From Octopus vulgaris (taxonomy: Eukaryota), in NCBI GenBank assembly GCA_951406725.2, contig OX597818.1:88474001-88538000 (forward strand): DNA of 64,000 nt. Reading direction: 5' to 3'. Under the pieces are notes generated by a model. That model searched no databases, was not told where the DNA came from, and was given only the letters and a program-made list of their open reading frames with translations. Of the stretch, positions 54,199 to 64,000 are shown in pieces. Every line of letters begins with the position of its first letter. Positions within the stretch are counted from its first letter, which is position 1. The position numbers were made by a program, and so were the translations under genes.

Positions 54199-54690
54199 AA
54201 ATGTGTCGTAATCCGGGGTTTTTTTTATGCACTAAGCCACTTGGTGGTAAATGGATGTGCTATTAAATTAGTACCCAATTTTCTCACCCTTATCGGTTGA
54301 TTATATATATATTTGTGGATGTGTAGGCAGGTAGATGCTATTATATTAATACGTAGATATTAGATAGCCAATAAGAATTTTAGAACAAATATCCTAAAAA
54401 TCAGTGTGGGTAAAACCAGTCAGGGTGGTTTGGAAAGCCCAAACATACGTCCTCGTGTTATACTTGACGTACTAAAGACAGCAGCCTTCTTTCAGTTCTT
54501 ACCGCCAACATGCAGTCGCTAATACAGGAGGTGGGTGAAGGAAAACGAAGTTGTTTTGACATGACTTCTGAAGTCTAAATAGCAATCGGCAAATTTTAGA
54601 TTTCTCTTGCATTTGTGGGAAATCTAAAAGCTTATATTAATGGCTATCAGTTGTGTGCGTGCGTGAATCTATGTATGTGTGTGAGTGAGT

Positions 54691-54744
<54 letters not shown>

Positions 54745-54866
54745 AAGGTGTATGAATGTATGTATGTATTTATGATAGTATGTAGAAACAAATTCGCTAT
54801 TTTACATTTGGGCAATTATACACACACACACACGCATATAGGTATGTGTGAGTATATACGCATATA

Positions 54867-56158
54867 CGAGGGATGTTCAATAAGTAATGCCTCTGACCCA
54901 CTTGCAGTTGTTTGATCTAGCTGACATTTTGCATGTGCAATCATTTATATCTCTATAGATAAAGTGACAAATTACAGCTCTGAACTAATTGTGGTTTCTG
55001 ATTTACAGGTGTTTGAACTGAGTCAAGTGTGAAATGGAGCCTGTTGAGTGTCGAGCAGTGATCCGGTTTTTGTATTTGAAAGGACGCACACCACGGTAGA
55101 CTTTTGATGAAATGAAAATAACTTATGGTGATGATGCCCCATCATATGACCTTATAAAACGCTGGCATCGTAAATTCAAACATGGTCGGAACTCTGTGGA
55201 AACAGCTCCCATATCTGGTCGCCCCCCTTCTGCCATTGATGAGGCATCTGTCCGTCAAGTTGAGGCTGCCATTTTGGAAGATCGACGCATAACTATTCGC
55301 CAAATTGTCCATGAGGTCAAGATTAGTACCGGGTCTGTGGAAACTATCATTTATGACCATTTGCATATGCAAAAGGTATCTGCCAGATGGATTCCCAGGT
55401 TGCTCACATCTTTCCAGAAGCAAGAACGCGTCGAGTGCTCGAGGATGAATTTGGAGATATGCCAAGAAGATGAGTCAAAATTTTTCAAAAGACTGATTAC
55501 ACAGGATGAAACCTGGGTTCATCACTATGATCCAGAAACCAAAGTCCAGTCAATGCAGTGGAAGCACCGTGACTCACCTCCTCCAAAGAAAGCAAGGGTG
55601 CAGCCCTCCGCTGGCAAGGTCATGCTCACAATCTTCTGGGACCAGGACGGAGTAGTGATGACAGATTTCCTGGCAAAGGGTACCACAATTACAGGAGCCT
55701 ATTATGCTTCACTTTTGAGGAAATTAAGAGAAGCTATCAAAATCAAGAGGTGGGGCAAGATCAGCAAAGGCATCCTCCTCCTGCAGGACAACGCTCCGGT
55801 CCACAACTCGCGTGTCGCCAGATCAGAAGCACAGGCGTGCAGCTATGAACTCCTCCCCCATCCCAAAACTCTTCTGACCTTGCACCCTCTGATTTTCATC
55901 TCTTCCCAGCCATGAAGTTGTTTTTGAAAGGAAAGCGTTTCCTAGATGATGCAGCCTTGATTTCTGAAGTTACGTCGTGGTTGGAGGACCAAGCTGGGGT
56001 CTTCTAAAAAATCGGTCTCCAGAGCTGCATCAAACGATGGGAGAAATGCATAACTCTGGGTGGTTCCTATGTAGAAAAAGACTAATAACTGTGCCAAGTT
56101 TCGTTGCTCTACTGCTATGGGAAGTGGGTCAGGGGCATTATTTATTGAACGCCCCTCG
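54867..56158 (+). mobile_element. Full-length mariner element (1292 bp)
   Basis: TA TSDs; TIRs CGAGGGATGTTCAATAAGTAATGCCTCTGACCCACTT / AAGTGGGTCAGGGGCATTATTTATTGAACGCCCCTCG. Confidence 0.95.
55034..56085 (+). pseudogene. Mariner (DD34D-type) transposase pseudogene
   Basis: Motifs WIPRLL, ITQDETW, LLQDNAPVH and SDLAPSDFHLF. In-frame TAG at 55097, a frameshift near 55865 and another stop near 56005. Confidence 0.93.
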
Positions 56159-56289
56159 TAGGTATATAGTAGTATGTATATCAACACGTGTGTAATGTAT
56201 TCTAAATTCATATATATTTTATATAAACCTGCATATATACATTTACATACATGCCTCTATATACATATATATATTTATATATATGTGTA

Positions 56290-56350
<61 letters not shown>

Positions 56351-56423
56351 GTATGTCAAATAATACTTTAATTGTTCCACGCGTTGCTGTGTTTTTTTCT
56401 GTGTTTTCTTGTTTGGATTAACT

Positions 56424-56508
<85 letters not shown>

Positions 56509-56646
56509 TCGCCATACTAATATGGCATTCTTATAAAAATAAGAAAAAAAACTGTCCGCTTATTAGCTCCATGGCCTTAAGTTAGCTATTTGATACACAA
56601 ACTGTATCCATATAACCTTCGAACAAGGGAGGTCAGTCGCTCCACA

Positions 56647-56718
56647 CTACTTGACCGGCAGCTACAGACGCGTTTCGGGGTATTGCCCCTTTTCAATGCA
56701 GCGTAGCCAAGCCAGTAG
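56647..56718 (-). ncRNA. Type I hammerhead, U3:A8 core variant (copy 1)
   Basis: gctgca-TTGAAAA-gggg-caata-cccc-GAAAC-gc-GTC|tgtagc with extended stem I; cleavage between 56667 and 56666. Confidence 0.75.
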
Positions 56719-57009
56719 GTGTCGCTTCCGACAATCTCTGTTCGATGGTTTTATTTACCTAGTTTCGGTGGAATACATCCACTTGTTTTCAATAATAGAA
56801 ATATTAAAATAACTAAGTCTCTCTAAAAGAGAACAGCGGCAGCGTTCCCGGAAAATAATAGTTATCGCCATACTAATATGGCATTCTTATAAAAATAAGA
56901 AAAAAACTGTCCGCTTATTAGCTCCATGAGGCCATCGCCTTAAGTTAGCTATTTGATACACAAACTGTATCCATATAACCTTCGAACAAGGGAGGTCAGT
57001 CACTCCACA

Positions 57010-57080
57010 CTACTTGACCGGCAGCTACAGACGCGTTTCGGGGTATTGCCCCTTTTCAATGCAGCGTAGCCAGCCAGTAG
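57010..57080 (-). ncRNA. Type I hammerhead, U3:A8 core variant (copy 2)
   Basis: Identical core; stem I extended by tggctgg/ccggtca and ctac/gtag; cleavage between 57030 and 57029. Confidence 0.78.
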
Positions 57081-57349
57081 GTGTCGCTTCCGACAATCTC
57101 TGTTCGATGGTTTTATTTACCTAGTTTCGGTGGAATACATCCACTTGTTTTCAATAATAGAAATATTAAAATAACTAAGTCTCTCTAAAAGAGAACAGCG
57201 GCAGCGTTCCCGGAAAATAATAGTTATCGCCATACTAATATGGCATTCTTATAAAAATAAGAAAAAAACTGTCCGCTTATTAGCTCCATGAGGCCATCGC
57301 CTTAAGTTAGCTATTTGATACACAAACTGTATCCATATAACCTTCGAAC

Positions 57350-58310
57350 CTATCTCCGCCAATCTCACTCTCTGCCAGGTGTTTTAACACCCAGCGTTAT
57401 AGGGAAATCTCCCAAAATGCTTTTCCGCCAATCTCCGGCTATCTCCGGCAATTTTCGCCAATCTAATAATGCTGGGTGTTAAAACACCCGGGAGAGACTG
57501 AGATAGAGATAGGCAGAGATAGAGTGAGATTGACGGAGTTTGCCGGAGATGGCGGAGGTTGCCGGAGATTGCCGGAGATTGGCGGAGTTTGCCGGAGATT
57601 GTAAAGATTGCCGGAGTTTGCCGGAGATTGCCGGAGATTGCCGGAGATTACCGGAGTTTGCCGGAGATTGCCGGATATTGCCGGAGTTTGCCGTAGATTG
57701 CCGGAGATTACCGCAGATTGCCGGAGATTGCCAGAGATAACCAGAGTTAGGAGGAATAGCATTTGGGGAGATTTCCCAATAATGCTGGGTGTTAAAACAC
57801 CTGGGAGAGAGTGAGATAGAGTGAGATAGGCGGAGATAGTGAAATAGAGTGAGATAGGGGAGATAGAGTGAGGTAGGCAAAGATAGAGTGAGATAGGCGG
57901 AGATAGAGTGAGATAGGCGGAGATGGGCGGAGATAGAGTGAAATAGACGCAGTTTTCCGGAGATTGCTGAAGTTGGCCGGAGATTGCCGGAGATTGCCAG
58001 AAATTTGCGGAGTTTGCCGGAGATTGCCGGAAATTGGCGGAGATTGCCGGAGATAGGAGGACTAGCATTTTTGGAGATTTCCCAATAATGCTGGGTGTTA
58101 AAACACCTAGGAGAGAGTGAGATATAGTGAGATATAGTGAGATAGGCGGCGATAGAGTGAGATAGGCGGAGATAGAGAGATTGGCGGAGTTTGCCGGAGA
58201 TTGGCGAAGTTTGCCGGAGTTTACCGGAGAGTGCCGGAGATTGGTGGAGTTTGCCGGAGATTGACGGAAATTGGCGGAGAATCCCGGAGATTGCCGGAGA
58301 CACCATAACC
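57350..58310. repeat. GC-rich 10-bp satellite (GCCGGAGATT / GAGATAGAGT) in ~310-bp higher-order units with an inverted left block
   Basis: AATAATGCTGGGTGTTAAAACACC at 57465, 57778 and 58084; reverse-complement block at 57350-57463. Confidence 0.88.
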
Positions 58311-58632
58311 CAGCTGTCAAAACCACGTATTTTAAATACTATCACATAAAAATCTTAAAGCATTGTTTTGATTTTAATTTAAGTTTTTGATGGGAATAAG
58401 ATATATAAATCTATGTATGTGGCACGAAAATGGCCTCTAAAACACTATCTTTCACATAGGAGTAGATTTTGTTGAGTGGTTAAGAAGTTAACTTTGCAAA
58501 CACTTGGTCTTGGTTTCAATACCAGTGCTCGACACCCGAGGGGAGAGCCTGCCACTATAGCCCCGAACCAACCAATTCCTTGAGTGAATTTGGTAGCCGG
58601 AAACTATGTAGAAGCCCAATCATGTATATATG

Positions 58633-58690
<58 letters not shown>

Positions 58691-58977
58691 TGTGTGTGTA
58701 TGTGTGTGTGTATACAGAAACACACACACATACACACACGAGGGGTTGCTGAAGATTCGTAGGTAAAAGAAAATAGAGGAGGATCAGTTAATTATGATTT
58801 TATTCAACGTATTCCCCCTTCAGAAGCACGCTCTTATTGCAGCGGCCGATCATTTTTTCTAAGCTCCGTAGAACTCGGAAGGCTGGGCCTCTAACCAGGC
58901 CTTTCACGAAACTCTTTAAGTCAGGAACTCTTCAGAAACACACCATGTGTGTGTGTGTGTATGTCTCTCTTTCTCTT

Positions 58978-59072
<95 letters not shown>

Positions 59073-59089
59073 TATATATATATTATATA

Positions 59090-59461
59090 CTAGCAGTATC
59101 GCCCGGCGTTGCTCAGGTTTGTAAGGGAAATAACTATAAAGCATTTTTAGAGAGTTATAGCCAAAAAATAGCAAAAAAATGATGGGAAATTTTTTTTTAG
59201 TTAAAAAAGGTGGAGTTGCGTCCCCTAGACAGTTTGCGGTTTGTGTTTCTGATTCTCGACCCCATGTCGAATTTATCAATTTTTTTCAGAACTGGGGGAA
59301 CTTTTCAAAATTTTCGCTGCGTTAGTTTTGAATTATGACATTGGGCTATGTGTGTGTCAAGTTTCATCAGAATCGGTTGAAAGCCGTGGTCAGGGTGAGG
59401 GTACAACCTGACAGACACACAGAAACACGCACAGACAAACTGCCGTTTATATATAGAGAGA
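59090..59461 (-). mobile_element. Non-autonomous Helitron (372 bp)
   Basis: Minus strand: A|TCTCTCTATATATAAA at the 5' end, and a GC hairpin (cctgagcaacgccggg) then CTAG|T at the 3' end. Confidence 0.8.
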
Positions 59462-59611
59462 TATATTCTTTACAAACAATACGCAATGCTTCGCGCGATC
59501 TACAATACTCTCATATCTCTACGCCTGGGCCAGGCCGACTTCGCAACCACTAGGGAGATGATCTAGCTATCTGAGAGAAAACCGATTATAGCAGCGACTC
59601 CGTCAATTCCT

Positions 59612-59660
59612 AGGGATATCTGAGGAAGGAATTTTATTCCGAAATATTATCAGACTATGG
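59612..59660 (+). ncRNA. Hammerhead-like motif with intact core and weak stem I
   Basis: CTGAGGA-a-ggaat-ttt-attcc-GAAA-tatt-ATC. Confidence 0.45.
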
Positions 59661-59791
59661 ATGGTTAAATTACAACAGGTATAAAGCCCACTGTTTGTTC
59701 TATACTGCATTGTTGTACAATTCGTAACATTTTATTCTCTCTCTCAATATATATGTGTATGTGTGTGTGTTTGTGTGTGTATGTGTAAATG

Positions 59792-59842
<51 letters not shown>

Positions 59843-60012
59843 GGACATATACAGATATACATATATGAACGTACATAAATATTAACTTGTATATGTATTT
59901 ATATACATATATAAATATATACATATGTGTGTATGTGTGGAAATATATATATACAAATATATATTATATATAAATATATATTATATATATATATATATAT
60001 ACATACGTACAT

Positions 60013-60056
<44 letters not shown>

Positions 60057-60864
60057 TGTGTGCATGCGTTTATGTATGCATGTATGTATCGATCTATAAC
60101 AATTTGCGCTTTCTTTTGCTGTCTGTGTCTATCGGTGTATTTATCAATAGATCGATATATTACTACCCGTACACTACACATGCGTACGCAACACCATCAC
60201 AACCACTAACATGACCAACCAAACTCATACATACATACACACATACATATATACATAAATACTTACACACACATACATCCATACATTCGTAGCACCAACA
60301 CTATCGCCAAATACACACTCATATACAGATATACAGAAATGCCTCTTTATGACTAATCCCTTTGAGCCAGATCCCTCAATTGTAATTTTTCCTCTCTAAC
60401 TTCCATTGTTACCTTACTTATTTCTTAACTAAATATTTGTTGAGTTCGAATTACGTATCAGTTGTTTATTATATTTTTCTTCTTTTTCCATCGCTAAATA
60501 CGTAAACCAATTAGCGAAGCCATGCCCCCAAACCAGGAGGGGTTTCTAGCTCCTCTGTAAAGCATGAAATCCAATAAAAACTGTCATTCTTCATTAGCTT
60601 AATTCATTCTGAGGGATCGACTTATGTCAAATATGGAAGACGTTTCAAACGGGGATTCCCAAATGGCGTCTGTCTTTTCTAGTATTTCTCAGTTCATTGA
60701 GTCCATGTGGGTGTGTATGTCCGTTGGCGTATACGCACGCACATGCAAACATGCATACACACATACACACGCACACGCATAGATATACATAATTACATAC
60801 ATACATATATTAGCATACTCATTCATACTCACACACAAATGCACACACATGTAAATAAATATAC

Positions 60865-60919
<55 letters not shown>

Positions 60920-61040
60920 AATATGTACATATTTATGTGTGTATGAATATGTGTTCTGTGAGTGTGTGTACGTGTGTGTGCATGTACGTCTGTGTGCGTG
61001 TGTGAGCGTGCGTGTATGTGTCTATATATACACACACACT

Positions 61041-62002
61041 CAGGGTGCGGTGAATAAATTGTCGTCTAAATAATGCAAAAAAATAGAAATAACATTGACA
61101 TCTCATTTTAACAAATATTATTTTATTCATTTATTCTTTCATATATTTCAGTCATTTGGTTGCGGCCATGCTGGAGCACCGCCTTTAGTCGAAGAAATCG
61201 ATCCCAGTACATATATTTACCAAAATTACACAAAAATATCATGAAAGACTAAACAGTAAATTTATTCAAGAAAATCACCATTGGTTCCTACCGCAACCTC
61301 GAGATGAATTCGGAATCTTCTGCAACTCTTCTGGACGTCTCCTTGTTTATATGGGTGAATATTGCCATGCTCCTTGCCTTCAGTTCGTCTTTAGTGTTAC
61401 AAGGAGTTTTGTTGGTCTCTCGGTGAACTGTGCCCCACACTTAATAATCAAGGGGGTTGCAGTCTGGGGAGTTAGATGGCCAGATGTTAGGGGTGATGTG
61501 GTCGCAGAAATTGTTTGACAGCCATGACTTGGTTCTCCTGCTTGGGTGGAATGGTGCAGAGCCTTGTTGCCAGACATAGGGTCATACAGCAGTCACCCAC
61601 TTGAACCAGGGCAGCACTACGCCCTCCAGGTAATTGAGAGGCCTCCGTATTGAGTCTGAAGCTGTGTGGGGAGATGAATGGAGGCATAAAATTGCCAATA
61701 CTAGCGATCACTACAAACACCTTCGTAATCACCATTAGCTCATCCAACACTATCTCAATCCGGTGCACTGTCCTTAGATTGACACCCAAGCCTTCTAAAA
61801 TGTTCGTATTGGAGCTTCTGGCGCGAATGCTAACCTATACAGCATGTCGTGTCCAAATTTCTGGCAGAGTGAATTGCGCCATAATACTGTTTTTCTTATA
61901 GACGGTGCCCAACTGACCCTACTTTACTGTGTAGTCGAAAAATAAAACAATGCACATGCGCGAAATTAAAAATATAAAATGGCGACAATTTACCTACCGC
62001 AT

Positions 62003-62006
<4 letters not shown>
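61041..62006 (-). mobile_element. Internally deleted maT/DD37D-like Tc1/mariner element with a nested SINE-A fragment
   Basis: TIRs CAGGGTGCGGTGAATAAATTGTCG / CGACAATTTACCTACCGCATCCTA. Minus-strand IWPSNSPDCNPLDY*VWG and an HTH-like N-terminus from the ATG at 61882. Confidence 0.8.
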
Positions 62007-62037
<31 letters not shown>

Positions 62038-62038
<1 letters not shown>

Positions 62039-62340
62039 ACGTGATCACGTGACCGACCAAACCATCAGATGTTGTTACACATCGCTGGTTACAATGGGTT
62101 CGCATTGTTTTAGCCTTCGAATGACGTCATCCCGCTGGCTAAGCGAGCAGGCCAACAGAAGAAAGAGTGGGAGAAAGAGTGGTGAAAGAGTACAGCAGGG
62201 ATCACCACCCCCTGCCGGAGCGTCGTTGAGCTTTTGTGTGTTTTCGTTCAATAAACACTCACAACACCCGGTCTGGGAATCGAAACCGCGATCCTACGAC
62301 CGCGAGTCCGCTGCCCTAACCACTGAGCCATTGCGCCTCC
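62038..62340 (-). mobile_element. Full-length SINE family C
   Basis: Reverse complement of the family C head and body; tail ...ggtcacgtgatcacgtg. Confidence 0.88.
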
Positions 62341-62370
62341 ACACACATACACACACACACACACACACAC

Positions 62371-62449
<79 letters not shown>

Positions 62450-62592
62450 AAAAAATATATATATATAAATACAAAATGGGACAAGAACGCAAAACACTCA
62501 AATAGACGACACAAAAAATGGACAGGTCATTCGAAGCCTCTAATCTTCAATCAAGAACCGGATCATCCTCGTAATTTCGGCTGATTATATAC

Positions 62593-62686
<94 letters not shown>

Positions 62687-62791
62687 TGTATATAAATATA
62701 TTTAAAAACATGTATTATAAATACACACATATATGTTTGTGTGTATGCACAATATGAGCGTTGCGCTGCATGTGTGTTTATTTGCATGCAA

Positions 62792-62825
<34 letters not shown>

Positions 62826-64000
62826 GAAATTTACAGAAAAACAAAAGACGAAAATAGAGATTCAGATTGTTTTCTCTTAAACAGAGCAGGACGTTTAAAG
62901 TAAGGAACGCACACGAGCTAATGTAGTGAATATTTTAGAAATAGATGTTAAAATGTTATTTTCAACGGAAGATCCCAGAGTGTGTTGGTTATACAGAGGG
63001 TGAAATCAATTGGTATTGAAACATAGATTACTTACTGATGTATTCAACGCAAAGGTAAGCCTATTTCTAATGTTCATTGCATTGTTCCTGTGTACCTTTA
63101 CTGTGAGCTTCTGGTGGTTTTGGAGCCTTGGCTCTGATTTTAGCAAGTGGTGTTATATATCCTACTGAATCTAAATTTACCTTATATTGTGTCTGTTAAC
63201 GGTGTGAACTAGCTAGCCACCTTATTATTATCGCATTAATGTCATTAATAAAGGTAATAATACTTCTTTATTTAAACTTATAAACACACACACGCACACT
63301 TATTTAAACTTAAACACATACAAACGGAAACACGTATACACAACCCAAATACATACACGCAATGACAAATATATATGCATAAATATACGCGTGTGTGTGC
63401 GTGCGTGCATGTGTGTGTCTGCATGTGTTTGTGTGTGTGTGAATGTGTATTTGTATATTTGTATTCTTATACATTTATGTATGTGTGTGTGTGTTTTTTT
63501 CTTTTTTTTTTTGTTTGAGTCACTGAACTGCGGCCACGGTAGACAATGCCTTCAATGACTTAATCGATCGCATTAACTTCAGTACATATTTCTATCAATC
63601 CATATATTTTATTAATATATATTTGTCAGATCAATAATTTTACTTTTTGAAACTGCATCGTATTTTAACGTCAACTTCGATAAAAACAGCTCCTGTGCAT
63701 CTCATTGATATTTATTCACTGATAATCCTTCTTTTTGAGCTATATGAAGCTGTAAATCTGTCTGCCAAATGTAATAGCTATGATGATAAACACAGAAAAC
63801 TAATTTGTATTTTAGACTTTATGCAATATACACATATACACCTGTTTCGGCAAATGAGTTACCGTTTTTACGTAAGCCAGTTTCTATTATTATGTAATAT
63901 GCACTCCCACGGTATTATCAGCAAAAAAAAGAAATAAAAAATATATATAATATATAAAAATGTGTATGCTTTAATATATCTAAAATGCAAATTATGTGCT

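Larger units (their letters stand above)
56502..57349 (-). repeat. Tandem array of ~362-bp units (about 2.35 copies), each full unit carrying a hammerhead; retrozyme- or Penelope pLTR-like
   Basis: Unit starts (gttatcgcc) at 56505, 56861 and 57223; units differ only by a few small indels and substitutions. Confidence 0.92.

Noticed and set aside
55112-55915. Intact active transposase
   Set aside because: An upstream in-frame stop removes the N-terminus and a frameshift removes the third catalytic Asp.
57463-58345. Two overlapping ~288-aa ORFs
   Set aside because: Products of a 10-bp satellite, open in multiple frames.
60600-60640. Other CTGA-containing hits (also ~6978, 17812, 20715, 26468, 53830)
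   Set aside because: No convincing stems I-III or correctly placed GAAA and NUH.

Overview
This is eukaryotic, AT-rich DNA saturated with microsatellites, most likely intergenic or intronic. The SINE families and the density of (TA)n, (ATCT)n and (TACA)n repeats suggest a cephalopod, probably Octopus (inference). I can support no intact host protein-coding gene, and nearly all ORFs in the track are microsatellite artefacts. Transposable elements: three tRNA-derived SINE families; a full-length dead mariner; Tc1, maT-like and piggyBac remnants; a Helitron and a HINE; MITEs; CR1-like, R4/Dong-like and Tx1-like LINE fragments; and an LTR with a tRNA-Ser PBS. There is also a tRNA with an Ala body (G3:U70) but a Val (AAC) anticodon. 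The main signal is a dense, varied set of hammerhead-ribozyme (HHR) motifs: (1) a repeat family whose three HHR strands are in a non-circularly permuted order, with compensatory changes between copies (10291, 23218, 24421, 25287, 40309); (2) a young tandem array of about 362 bp with one intact U3:A8 type I HHR per full unit, resembling a retrozyme (56502-57349); (3) solitary type I HHRs with canonical or G3:C8 cores (20238, 23654, 41195, 59612). All structures were paired by eye; none was folded computationally or tested.
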